Shown here: positions 1-9,145 of the stretch, piece by piece | Position numbering within the stretch: position 1 is the first letter of the stretch | Layout of the letters: each line of letters starts with the position of its first letter | Assembly (NCBI GenBank): GCA_947625805.1 | Contig: CANQPT010000001.1 | Span: 51,044 to 115,043, forward strand | Source of the DNA: an uncultured Clostridia bacterium | GTDB taxonomy: Bacteria > Bacillota > Clostridia > Oscillospirales > CAG-272 | Reading direction: 5' to 3' | Length of the DNA: 64,000 bases | Notes under the pieces: generated by a model | Databases searched by the model: none | The model's input: the letters and a program-made list of their open reading frames with translations, nothing else | Told to the model about the DNA's origin: nothing | Translations under genes and position numbers: made by a program

Positions 1-16
1 AAGATTGTTTCTTCAT
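1..16 (-). CDS. 5' end of an unidentified gene leaving the window (MKKQS...)
   Basis: ATG at 14-16 on the minus strand, preceded by an AAGGAGAG RBS (22-29) and a consensus promoter at 36-64. Only 5 codons are visible. Confidence 0.3.
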
Positions 17-35
17 TGCTTCTCTCCTTTGCTTT

Positions 36-64
36 ATCATAACATAGCGGTTTTTCCTTGTCAA
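36..64 (-). promoter_or_regulatory. sigma-A type promoter, TTGACA-17 nt-TATGAT
   Basis: Minus-strand -35 TTGACA at 59-64 and -10 TATGAT at 36-41 with a 17-nt spacer. It sits upstream of the RBS/ATG at 14-29. Confidence 0.55.
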
Positions 65-80
65 TCAACCATTGAGAGAG

Positions 81-115
81 AAAAACTCCCGCTCGGATCG
101 AGCGGAAGTTTTTTG
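81..115. terminator. bidirectional rho-independent terminator after divIC
   Basis: 7-bp GC-rich stem ccgctcg/cgagcgg (89-105) with a 3-nt loop, flanked by an A-run (81-85) and a T-run (109-114). Confidence 0.6.
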
Positions 116-119
116 TAAT

Positions 120-395
120 TTAATGCGCCAGATCGTTGTAAAAGACAATCTCCGACGGAAGATGATAATTTAACGCCTCGCGTGCGATTTTTTTCATATA
201 CTCTTCATCTACCGGCTGATCCAGTTCTGCCCACAGTTCTTCAATATCGGTATTCAGCGCCTCGATCTGTTGGTCCGCATCCGCGACCTTGTCTTCAAGG
301 TCGGAAATTTGCGTGCCAAGTTGAATGATGGTGATCACACCGAACAAAAGAAATACGAGAAGTGCCGCTTTGACAAAGAAATTCCAGTTTTTCAT
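120..395 (-). CDS. divIC: septum formation initiator FtsB/DivIC family protein
   Basis: 91 aa from the internal ATG (MKNWNFF...). Has a single N-terminal TM, a coiled coil, and a C-terminal IAREALNY..PSEIVF motif. Follows yabP-yabQ as in Bacillus. The longer ORF-track N-terminus overlaps yabQ and was trimmed. Confidence 0.8.
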   Translation of the reverse strand: MKNWNFFVKAALLVFLLFGVITIIQLGTQISDLEDKVADADQQIEALNTDIEELWAELDQPVDEEYMKKIAREALNYHLPSEIVFYNDLAH

Positions 396-426
396 CTTCC
401 AGATGCTCCGTTTTTTATATCGTATT

Positions 427-939
427 TTATACCCGATACTGTCCGCCCCGTCGCTGCCGTGCGCGTTCTGCCTTGCGGCGCACACGCTGTTCCCTTTTAC
501 GGCGCAGTGCGTTGACCGGACGCCGGCAAAGCCGTTTTGAAAGATCCCATACAGCGCCGAAAGTATGACGCCACACCCAGCGGATCCCACGCCGGATCCC
601 GCCCACAAAGCGAGAGAAAAAGCGGATCAGGCGCAATCCAACCGTATAGTGAAAGGCGCAAAAGCCGACGGCACAGCCCACCAAACCAAGCAAACGGATC
701 CGACCGCCGTTGGCGCCGAAAAAGAGAAACACCGTACAAATTGCCGCAAACAGTGCAAAAGAAATATCGCAGAAAAAGGTCACAATATCCTGCACTGCCC
801 GTCCCTTGATGCTACGCGCCTCTATGGGAGTGAGCAGGATGCGCACAAAGGACAAAAGGCCCCAACACACACCTAAAAGCGCACCCAGGACAAGCGAGTA
901 CCCGGTCAGCGCAAGGATCCTCGAATCGGAAATATCCAT
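427..939 (-). CDS. yabQ: spore cortex biosynthesis protein YabQ
   Basis: Multi-TM protein with a basic Arg-rich tail. Its start overlaps the yabP stop (TAATG). Conserved yabP-yabQ-divIC order. Confidence 0.7.
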   Translation of the reverse strand: MDISDSRILALTGYSLVLGALLGVCWGLLSFVRILLTPIEARSIKGRAVQDIVTFFCDISFALFAAICTVFLFFGANGGRIRLLGLVGCAVGFCAFHYTVGLRLIRFFSRFVGGIRRGIRWVWRHTFGAVWDLSKRLCRRPVNALRRKREQRVRRKAERARQRRGGQYRV

Positions 940-1205
940 TATTTCTTGCGGAACAACCCTCTGCGAGCCGTGCGGTCGGCATAGACAAGACCGTTCACTT
1001 TACCTGCCAGATCCACTTCCCCGCGACCGAGGTCCAACCGCGTAATCCGCAGATCTTCACCGTCAATGGCAAGTGTACCCATGACCGTATCCAACAGGAT
1101 CCCGTCCTCATCAAAACTGAGTACCTCGGTCACGCCGCTGACCGTTCCGGTTTCCCGGTTTTGTATTGCGATGCCGTGTGCTTTTGCCGCCGTCTGTTCG
1201 TTCAT
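939..1205 (-). CDS. yabP: sporulation protein YabP
   Basis: YabP-like sequence (ITGV..VLSFDEDGILLDT..G.L.I.GEDL.I..L). Start chosen at MNEQ, with GGGAGG 7 nt upstream. Confidence 0.8.
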   Translation of the reverse strand: MNEQTAAKAHGIAIQNRETGTVSGVTEVLSFDEDGILLDTVMGTLAIDGEDLRITRLDLGRGEVDLAGKVNGLVYADRTARRGLFRKK

Positions 1206-1241
1206 ACGCATTCCTCCCAATCGAGTATATGCGTGACACGG

Positions 1242-1484
1242 TCAGTCTATGACTTCATACAGGGCGGCAGCCTCTTCCTTGCGTGTGTATTCCTTTACAT
1301 CCAGCACACGCACGCACACGGTCTTTGCGCCAAAGGTAATCTCGATCCGATCGCCAACCTTGACCTCGTAAGAGGCCTTGGCCACCTTACCGTTCACCTT
1401 GACGTGGCAAGCGGCGCAAGCCTCGCTTGCCACCGTGCGCCGTTTGATCAAGCGCGAAACTTTCAAATACTTATCCAATCTCAT
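1242..1484 (-). CDS. S4-domain RNA-binding protein (YabO-like)
   Basis: MRLDKYLKVSRLIKRRT.A is a classic S4 N-terminus. Sits in the yabO position upstream of yabP. The start at 1484 has GGAG 9 nt upstream; 1499 is an alternative. Confidence 0.75.
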   Translation of the reverse strand: MRLDKYLKVSRLIKRRTVASEACAACHVKVNGKVAKASYEVKVGDRIEITFGAKTVCVRVLDVKEYTRKEEAAALYEVID

Positions 1485-1485
1485 C

Positions 1486-2478
1486 TTAATACGCTCCATA
1501 TGTTAACTTGTCCGCATCGTCCGTGTTCTGCGAATCGAGTACCGTCTGCCATTCCGACGGAGTCACGCAGTCCGAATAAAAGCCGTCCGCTCCGCTTCCG
1601 AAGCGCAGCTTGAACATATCACTGATCTTGTTGACCGTATGGGTATAGACTCTCACGCCGTGTCCGTGCAGGATCTCCAAAGTTTCCTCATCGACCAGAC
1701 TCTTATCAATGGTAACCACCGGAATGGCGTGCTCGGCACAAAATGCGCCGATGGCATCGTAATCCCGATCTGCAATCAGATATGTCGTGAATATGAAATT
1801 TCCCTCCGGGACAAAATCCCGCACCCAGTCGTACATCTCTGCGGTATAGATCTGCACGATGATCCGCTCCCGCAGGCTCTCGTCTTTTGCCCGTTCAAGC
1901 GCCTCGGAAAACCGCCTGAGCACCTCTTTCACCTGATCTTCTTCCTTGCTTTTGGTATCGGTGATCAGATAGACGTCCGGATGCTCTTTCATCAAGGCAA
2001 GCAGTCCGTCAATATCTAAGGGAGTATAGAAGTACCCGATCTTGGCATTCATGTAATCGGCATAGAACATATTCTCCTGCATAGTCTGCTCGAGATTCCA
2101 GAAAGAGGTGGAGGTGAAGTCGTGGCGGACCACCAGATAGCCGTCCGCAGTCAGGCTGAGATCGGCCTCAAACACCCGTGCTCCCCGCCCGTAACTTTCA
2201 AGAAAGGCTTCCTTGCTGTTGGTTTCGCTTCTTCCGTCCACCGTACCAAGCGCGTGGGTCACGATGCTGTACTGCTCATACCACGGCACTGACAAATCAC
2301 ACGATATAGTCGTCTCCTCACCCTCAGGCTGAACGGGGGCGGCCTTCGGTCGGGTAAACCAATAGGCCAGCGGTAGTTCGATCGCTCCCACAAACAGCAG
2401 TGCCGCCAGCACGCCCAGCACGAACGGAAGCGCTCTGTTTCTTTTTTTCTCAATCTGTCTTGTTTGCTCTTTTTTCAT
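1486..2478 (-). CDS. membrane-anchored glycerophosphodiester phosphodiesterase family protein
   Basis: N-terminal TM followed by a GDPD-like core (FEADLSLTADGYLVVRHDF). Confidence 0.65.
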   Translation of the reverse strand: MKKEQTRQIEKKRNRALPFVLGVLAALLFVGAIELPLAYWFTRPKAAPVQPEGEETTISCDLSVPWYEQYSIVTHALGTVDGRSETNSKEAFLESYGRGARVFEADLSLTADGYLVVRHDFTSTSFWNLEQTMQENMFYADYMNAKIGYFYTPLDIDGLLALMKEHPDVYLITDTKSKEEDQVKEVLRRFSEALERAKDESLRERIIVQIYTAEMYDWVRDFVPEGNFIFTTYLIADRDYDAIGAFCAEHAIPVVTIDKSLVDEETLEILHGHGVRVYTHTVNKISDMFKLRFGSGADGFYSDCVTPSEWQTVLDSQNTDDADKLTYGAY

Positions 2479-2479
2479 A

Positions 2480-4117
2480 TTACTTGATCAAATGCATTTT
2501 ATGCAGTATACCGACCAATTTTTCACCCTTGGGCAGCATACGGATCTCCTCTTCGCCCACTGCCCGCACAAGGAAGATCAGAATAACATAGACGATCGCA
2601 GCGCAAATGATCCCGCCGAAGGCAGCAAGCGCGTTGCCCATTCTGCCGGACACGTCCACAGCATGGGAAAGCAGGAGGTATGCGCCGTATGCCCCGCCGC
2701 AAGCGATGACCGAAGCCGCCAAGGGTTTTACGAAAGTCGGAATAAAGCGCGGAGTGAGAGAAACGTATTTGGCGAGGAAGAAGAAGTTGATGACCGTGGT
2801 GGTCATATAGCAAAGGAATGTACCGATCGGCGTGCCGTAAATGCCTACCTCGGGGATCCCGATCAGCACGACGCTGGATACGATCTTGACCACCGCGCCC
2901 GCGATCATGGATATGATCGGCAGTTTTTCGTGCTTGCTTGCCTGCAGAATGGCGTTGGTGATGGATATCATACCCACGAAAAAGACCGAAAGCGCCAGCA
3001 CAGACAAGAGAGGAGCCGCCATCTTTGCCGAATTCTGATTATAGAGCAGCCGCAGAATAGGCTCTGCCATGACCGACATACCGAGGGCCATAGGCAGGAT
3101 CAGAATGGCGCTGATCCGCAGAGCGCTGTTCATAGATGCGTGTGCCCGCTCGGTCTTGCCGTCCGCAAAATAGCCGGACAATAAAGGCACGATGGAATAG
3201 GAAATAGGATAGATCAAAATCGGCGGCAGATTGAACATGGGAACCGCAAGGGAGGAATAGTTGCCCCAGATGGCGTTTGCCATCTGCTGGGACAGCCCGA
3301 TCGACTGCAGTCTGCGCATGACGATCGAAAGGTCGATCAGATTGGTCAAACTCATGACCGATGCGCTGATGGTCACGGGAATGGCAATGCGGGCGATGGT
3401 CAGCGCGATCTTGGAGCCGGAGCGCACCTCTCCGCTGTCCGGCACGGAATTTTCCACCGCAGGACGGAAGCGAATCATGGCAAAGATCAGATAGCACATG
3501 GCAAGAAAGACCGCGATGTCTAAACCGAAGATGGCATAAGAGGCTACCACGGGCAACGAGGACTGACCGGTAAAACGGCCAACCGCGTACAGGGCAAGCA
3601 TGATACCGAAAATCAATTTACCTGCCGCCTCGATCAGTTGAGAAATAGCGGTGGGCGTCATGTACTGGTGCCCCTGGAAATATCCGCGAATGGCACTGGA
3701 AATACAGATAAAAAACAGGGTCGGAGCGATGGCCACCACCGAGAGTCTTGCACCGTCGTTGCCGATCAGAGAAGCAAATCCGGCAGAACCGAACATCATG
3801 GCAGCCGTTCCCAGCGCACCGATGATCAAAAACATGGTCAGGGTCACCCGGAAAATACGCTTTACCTCACGGCCGCGGCCGAGCGCGCGGGCCTCGCTGA
3901 TCAGAATGGAAACCGCGACCGGAAGTCCCGCCGTGCTGATCATATAAAACCACACGTAGATGGTATAAGCGGAATTGAAATATCCCATTCCGCTGTCGCC
4001 GATGATATTGGTCAGCGGTATTTTGAACATCAGTCCGATGATCTTGATGATGATATTGGATATCGACAGGATCACAACACCGGACAAAAACATATTTCTT
4101 GCTTTCTTTGCCATCAT
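2480..4117 (-). CDS. MOP-superfamily flippase (YabM/SpoVB/MurJ-like polysaccharide biosynthesis protein)
   Basis: About 14 predicted TM segments and a typical MOP flippase sequence, in the yabM-equivalent position. Start at one of the tandem ATGs (4117 or 4114), just after a GAGGTG RBS. Confidence 0.75.
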   Translation of the reverse strand: MMAKKARNMFLSGVVILSISNIIIKIIGLMFKIPLTNIIGDSGMGYFNSAYTIYVWFYMISTAGLPVAVSILISEARALGRGREVKRIFRVTLTMFLIIGALGTAAMMFGSAGFASLIGNDGARLSVVAIAPTLFFICISSAIRGYFQGHQYMTPTAISQLIEAAGKLIFGIMLALYAVGRFTGQSSLPVVASYAIFGLDIAVFLAMCYLIFAMIRFRPAVENSVPDSGEVRSGSKIALTIARIAIPVTISASVMSLTNLIDLSIVMRRLQSIGLSQQMANAIWGNYSSLAVPMFNLPPILIYPISYSIVPLLSGYFADGKTERAHASMNSALRISAILILPMALGMSVMAEPILRLLYNQNSAKMAAPLLSVLALSVFFVGMISITNAILQASKHEKLPIISMIAGAVVKIVSSVVLIGIPEVGIYGTPIGTFLCYMTTTVINFFFLAKYVSLTPRFIPTFVKPLAASVIACGGAYGAYLLLSHAVDVSGRMGNALAAFGGIICAAIVYVILIFLVRAVGEEEIRMLPKGEKLVGILHKMHLIK

Positions 4118-4124
4118 ATTCACC

Positions 4125-5033
4125 TCAACCAAGAAATTCGCGATAGACCGACTCACGCGGCAGATAGGATTCGTCAAACGATTCTATACGCGCAAAGGAC
4201 CGGATCAGTTCCCGTGCCCCGGCATACTGGTCGGCGGAGGGGGGAACGCTGTCCAGGATCTCGATAAGCGGGTCACGCAAAAGTCCCAGCTCATAGGGCA
4301 AAAAGGTGTCGATGCGCATTTCCGGCGTATGCACGTACGGCAGAATATTGCGCTCCTCGTTTTCCACCACGCTGCGCCACAGGTACATGGTAAAGGCAGG
4401 AGGTGCCGCACGGAAGCGGTAATCCCGCACTAAGCGTCTGGCAAGGCGGATTTTCCTGCCGTCAAAGACCTCGCCCGCGATCTCGACCGGTCCTGCCACA
4501 TCCACGTATACGCTTAAATATCCGTACTCTGCAAAGCGGGCGGTAACCTCGGGATAGATCGCCTGAATGCCCTCGAACAAAAAGATGTCGTACTGCCCGG
4601 GGTCAAGGGCGGTATAACCCGTTCGACGGGCGCTGACAAAGTCAAAGACCGGCAGCATGGTACGCTCACCTGCAAAAATATTGTCAAGACACTTGCAAAG
4701 GTACGGGAAATCCAGCGCGTCAATGGAATCAAAATCGGGCTGTGCATTGGTCTTTAAGAGCTGCTCCCGATCTTCGGCACGGGAGTAGAAAAAATCGTCG
4801 ATCGAGATCACACGCACCCGCTTGCCCGCTTGGGTAAGATCAGCGGCAATTTTTCTCACTGCCGTGGATTTGCAGGAGCAGGTTGGCCCTGCCAGCGCCA
4901 GCAAACGCACCTCCGGTCGGGCGAGGGCCTTGTGTGCCGCCTGTTCCAACCGATCCTCCAGTTCCCGTTCGCAATCGATTATATATGCTATTTTTTCGGC
5001 TTCCGAGCCAAACTCGTTTCTAAGTTGCCTCAT
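4125..5033 (-). CDS. uridine kinase family / P-loop nucleoside kinase-like protein
   Basis: Walker A variant LAGPTCSCKST and a uridine-kinase-like body (ISIDDFF, FDSIDALD, FEGI). Trimmed to the internal ATG just after the hemZ stop. Confidence 0.6.
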   Translation of the reverse strand: MRQLRNEFGSEAEKIAYIIDCERELEDRLEQAAHKALARPEVRLLALAGPTCSCKSTAVRKIAADLTQAGKRVRVISIDDFFYSRAEDREQLLKTNAQPDFDSIDALDFPYLCKCLDNIFAGERTMLPVFDFVSARRTGYTALDPGQYDIFLFEGIQAIYPEVTARFAEYGYLSVYVDVAGPVEIAGEVFDGRKIRLARRLVRDYRFRAAPPAFTMYLWRSVVENEERNILPYVHTPEMRIDTFLPYELGLLRDPLIEILDSVPPSADQYAGARELIRSFARIESFDESYLPRESVYREFLG

Positions 5034-5037
5034 CGAA

Positions 5038-6498
5038 TCACTCGTTTTCCTCAAAGAAATTCCGGATCTTTTGATAGTGGGCGGCAATCGCGTCCTCGTC
5101 CATGGCTAAATATTCGTACGGATATTTGGGCATGAACACCCGGTTGATCTTATTTCCCGACACCATCTTGGTCGAGCCGCCGGCACCCACGGCGAAGATG
5201 CTGTGCACCTCCTCCATGATGAAGATGTTGTAGAGCCCCTGTGCACCCGGCAGCGAAAAACCGACGTTTTCAAGATTGCCCATGGAATTTTTCTGCCGAT
5301 AGATATAATAGGGAATATAGCCGGCCGCCTTGCTTTTGAACTGAGTATAATCCACGCTCTTCATGGTGTCTCCGCCCGTGCGCGAATAGATATCCGCATC
5401 TGAGCGCAGGATGTCCGCCGCCTTTTTGACACAGAAAGTGTGATAGGTGATATTGTCGGGGCGCATGGCTAAGATCGCGTCCACCGATTTTGAGAATTTG
5501 CGGAAGCCCTCTCCGGGCAGACCCGCGATCAGATCCGTATTGATATATTTTACGCCGGAAGATCGCGCAATATCATAAGCGCGGTAAAAATCCTCCGTGG
5601 TATGCCGTCTGCCGATGCGTTCGAGTACCGCGTCGTTGAGTGTCTGGGGATTGATGCTCACACGGGTGACCCCGTATTTCAGCATGACGTCCATTTTTTC
5701 TTTAGTGATCGTGTCGGGTCTGCCCGCCTCCACCGTAAACTCCGCAAGAGTATGCGGATCAACACACTGCACGATGGCCGCAAGCAGACGCTCAAGTTCG
5801 CTCTCAGACAGGGTGGTAGGTGTACCGCCGCCCACATAAAGGGTCTCCACACGAAGACCCAGCGAACGAATCAGAGCAAAGGTGTCACGGATATCTCGCT
5901 CTAAACGCGCCAAATACTCGGGAATGAGCGAAAGCAAGCGTTTGGTGGAATAGGACACGAACGAGCAATAGGCGCATCTGGTCGGGCAAAACGGAATGGA
6001 CACATACACGCTGCAGGAGCCTTCGGCAAGAGCCGATATGATCGAACGCTCGTTGACCGCGATGGTGGTAAGCAGCGCCGCCTTTTTTGGGATCAGAAAA
6101 TACTCGTTTCGCAGAGTGCGCCGCACAGCCGCGGCGTCCAAGCCGGAAGCCAGCAGGTCGGTGGCGATCTTGGCCGGTCGAATACCGGTCAAAAAACCCC
6201 AGGAGGGTTGATAGCCGCACAGTTTGCCGCCCGCGGCCAGTACCGCGTCACCGACCGCTTTTTTATTGGCCTTATCTACCGTAAGATCGCGCTCGGCACT
6301 GCCCTCGGCAACCGATGCGCCCACACTCATGCGCGCATGAGCGCGCACGACTCCCTCATTCTCCCGCACGGTCAGGTGCAGCATGGGCGTGTCCTCTGTC
6401 GCCACCTCGTCCCGTGCAAACTTAGAGCCGGGGAAGAAGATCAGACAGAGGTTTTCTACATAATTTCTGTTGGTTTCTCCGTCGATTGTTACGATCAT
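5038..6498 (-). CDS. hemZ: radical SAM coproporphyrinogen dehydrogenase-like protein (HemZ/HemN family)
   Basis: CxxxCxxC motif in IPFCPTRCAYCSF plus a HemN-like body (GGGTPT). Confidence 0.75.
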   Translation of the reverse strand: MIVTIDGETNRNYVENLCLIFFPGSKFARDEVATEDTPMLHLTVRENEGVVRAHARMSVGASVAEGSAERDLTVDKANKKAVGDAVLAAGGKLCGYQPSWGFLTGIRPAKIATDLLASGLDAAAVRRTLRNEYFLIPKKAALLTTIAVNERSIISALAEGSCSVYVSIPFCPTRCAYCSFVSYSTKRLLSLIPEYLARLERDIRDTFALIRSLGLRVETLYVGGGTPTTLSESELERLLAAIVQCVDPHTLAEFTVEAGRPDTITKEKMDVMLKYGVTRVSINPQTLNDAVLERIGRRHTTEDFYRAYDIARSSGVKYINTDLIAGLPGEGFRKFSKSVDAILAMRPDNITYHTFCVKKAADILRSDADIYSRTGGDTMKSVDYTQFKSKAAGYIPYYIYRQKNSMGNLENVGFSLPGAQGLYNIFIMEEVHSIFAVGAGGSTKMVSGNKINRVFMPKYPYEYLAMDEDAIAAHYQKIRNFFEENE

Positions 6499-6944
6499 TT
6501 TCTTAGTTTTTCACTGTTCATTACAATGGTGACCGGACCGTCGTTTTCAATGAAAACGTCCATATCCGCACCGAATACTCCGCTCTGTACTGGAATGTGT
6601 TCTCCCAGCAGGTCGATAAACCGTTCGTATAGCGCTTTGGCTTTGTCGGGAGGTGCCGCTCCCATAAAATCGGGGCGGTTGCCGTGCGAATAATCGGCAA
6701 GCAGGGTGAAATTGCTCACCACCAACGCTCCTCCCCCGATCTGTACAACCGAGCGATTCATCTTTCCGTTTTCATCTTCAAACACACGCAGCGCGGCGAT
6801 CTTTTCAGACAGGCGTCCGGCATCTTGCTCAGTGTCCTCTTTTGCAACGCCCAAAAGGATCAGAAATCCCGTTTCGACAGAGCCTGTCTGCACTCCGTCC
6901 ACGCTCACGCCGGCGCGGCTGACCCGCTGTAATACCGCGATCAT
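6495..6944 (-). CDS. dtd: D-aminoacyl-tRNA deacylase
   Basis: 149 aa. Has the MIAVLQRV N-terminus, SNFTL, and the NDGPVT motif. Confidence 0.9.
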   Translation of the reverse strand: MIAVLQRVSRAGVSVDGVQTGSVETGFLILLGVAKEDTEQDAGRLSEKIAALRVFEDENGKMNRSVVQIGGGALVVSNFTLLADYSHGNRPDFMGAAPPDKAKALYERFIDLLGEHIPVQSGVFGADMDVFIENDGPVTIVMNSEKLRK

Positions 6945-9145
6945 CGTGTGTATCCCCGCACTACCCGACTGACGTCGGAAATCTGCCGCAGGCGGGATTG
7001 AATGGAATTGAGATGATCCAGGTTTTTACAACTGATGACCAGACTGACTACCGTTTCGGTTCCCTCTTTGCGCATATTGATCTGATGCAGCACGATCTTC
7101 ATATCCGCCAGCGCCGAGGTTATATCCGCGATCAGCGAGAGCGAGTCGCCCGCAAACACCTGCAGATATGCCTCGAACAAATCATTTGATGCGGTCACGC
7201 GGGTCTGCCAATAGGCGCTCACAAACCGGTCCATACTGGCCGAATTCTCCCGCAGACGGGCGACGTTGGGACAGTCGCACTTGTGTACCGAGATGCCGAA
7301 GCCCTTGGTAATAAATCCGATAATCCGATCTCCCGGCAAGGGATTGCAACACTTGGCAAACTTGACGCTGCACCCCTCCAAGCCGTCTACGATCACACCG
7401 TCTGCGCTCCGGCGTTTGCTGGGTTTGGTGTCCACCTGCTCTACCGAGATCGGCTCGGCGGGCGCATTCGCAGACTGACGCACGGTGCGGTCAAATTCGT
7501 CCCGCAGTTTTCCGGACAGACGGGATGCGGTCAGGCCGCCGTAGCCCACCGTGTTGTAAAGGTCTTCTACGCTCTGGATACCCAAACGGGAGGCCACGGC
7601 ACCGAGCACGTCGCTTTTCTGCGCTTCGGTATAGGGCACGCCGTACTTTTTAAGTTCACGCTCAATCTCAGCCTTTCCAACCTCGATATTCTCCGCCCGC
7701 TTCTCCTTTTTGAACCATGAGCGAATCTTGTTGCGCGCCTCGGCCGTGCGTACCAGTTTGAGCCAGTCGCGGCTGGGTCCTTTGGAGGAATTAGACGTGA
7801 TGATCTCGACGATCTCGCCGTTTTGCGGTACCGTGTCAATGGGGCAGATCATGCCGTTGATCTTGGCTCCGGTCATTTTATTGCCCACCGCCGAGTGAAT
7901 GGCATAGGCAAAGTCAATAACGGTCGACCCCTGCGGCAGGGTGATCACGTCGCCCTTGGGCGTAAAGACGAAAGTCTCGTCGTGAAAGATATCGATCTTG
8001 AGCGAACGCATAAATTCCTCGGGATCGATCTCCTCGTCCTCGATCTCCACAAGTTTGGAAATCCATTGCAGTTTCTCGTCGATCTCGGCCTTGCTCTGCA
8101 CACCGGTTTTGTATTTCCAGTGGGCGGCGATTCCGTATTCGGCGATCTGGTGCATCTTCCAGGTGCGAATCTGCACCTCAAAGGGCACGCCGTCCCGCCC
8201 TATGACCGTAGTGTGCAAAGACTGGTACATATTGGGCTTTGGAGTGGAAATATAGTCCTTGAACCTGCCGGGCACCGAATTGTACATATCGTGAATGATG
8301 CCGAGCACGGCATAGCATTCGAGTTCTGTTTCGGTGATTACCCGCAGGGCGTAAAAGTCATAGATCTCGTCAAAACTCTTGTTCTGCTCGAACATCTTAC
8401 GGTAGATGCTGTAAACGCTTTTGACACGTCCCTCCAGGGTGACCTTGTAGCCCGCCTCGGCCAATCGGTCGCTGATCTGCGAACGTATGTTTTCCACGAA
8501 ATCGATGTTCTCTCCGTATTTTGCCTCGATATGGGTCTGCACCTCCCGATATCCAATCGGATCGAGGTAGGAAAGCGACAGCGTTTCCAACTCCTGCTTG
8601 ATCTTCTGCATACCCAGACGGTGGGCAAGCGGAGCGTAAACGTTCATGGTTTCGAGGGCTGTCATGCGCTGTTTTTCTTCCGGCTTTGCACTCAGGGTAC
8701 GCATATTGTGCAAACGGTCGCACAACTTGATGAAGATCACGCGAATATCACGATTCATGGCAAGGAACATCTTGCGCAGATTTTCAATATTCTGTCCCTC
8801 TCGGTCTTCAAAATGGATCTGCACCAGTTTGGTAAGGCCGTCTACCAGCTCAGCCGTGGCCGCCCCGAACAAATCCCTGATCTCCTCAAGAGACGCCCGC
8901 TCGCCGCAGTCCTCAACCACGTCATGCAAAAGGGCGGCGCAAATGGAATCGGTATCCAGACCCAGGCTCGCTACCAGATTGGCTACCGCAATGGGATGAG
9001 TGATATACTCCTCCCCGCTTGCCCGAAACTGCCCGGCGTGCAAATTGCGCGCATACTCGTACGCGCTTTCAATCTTTTCGATATCGTAATGCCTGCCCGC
9101 CCCGGACAGGGTCTTGATCAACTTTTGGAATTCAGGTCGATTCAT
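6941..9145 (-). CDS. relA: bifunctional (p)ppGpp synthetase/hydrolase RelA/SpoT
   Basis: HD domain (HPIAV..LLHDVVED), synthetase motif (RVKSVYSIYRKM), and TGS and ACT regions. 734 aa. Confidence 0.95.
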   Translation of the reverse strand: MNRPEFQKLIKTLSGAGRHYDIEKIESAYEYARNLHAGQFRASGEEYITHPIAVANLVASLGLDTDSICAALLHDVVEDCGERASLEEIRDLFGAATAELVDGLTKLVQIHFEDREGQNIENLRKMFLAMNRDIRVIFIKLCDRLHNMRTLSAKPEEKQRMTALETMNVYAPLAHRLGMQKIKQELETLSLSYLDPIGYREVQTHIEAKYGENIDFVENIRSQISDRLAEAGYKVTLEGRVKSVYSIYRKMFEQNKSFDEIYDFYALRVITETELECYAVLGIIHDMYNSVPGRFKDYISTPKPNMYQSLHTTVIGRDGVPFEVQIRTWKMHQIAEYGIAAHWKYKTGVQSKAEIDEKLQWISKLVEIEDEEIDPEEFMRSLKIDIFHDETFVFTPKGDVITLPQGSTVIDFAYAIHSAVGNKMTGAKINGMICPIDTVPQNGEIVEIITSNSSKGPSRDWLKLVRTAEARNKIRSWFKKEKRAENIEVGKAEIERELKKYGVPYTEAQKSDVLGAVASRLGIQSVEDLYNTVGYGGLTASRLSGKLRDEFDRTVRQSANAPAEPISVEQVDTKPSKRRSADGVIVDGLEGCSVKFAKCCNPLPGDRIIGFITKGFGISVHKCDCPNVARLRENSASMDRFVSAYWQTRVTASNDLFEAYLQVFAGDSLSLIADITSALADMKIVLHQINMRKEGTETVVSLVISCKNLDHLNSIQSRLRQISDVSRVVRGYTR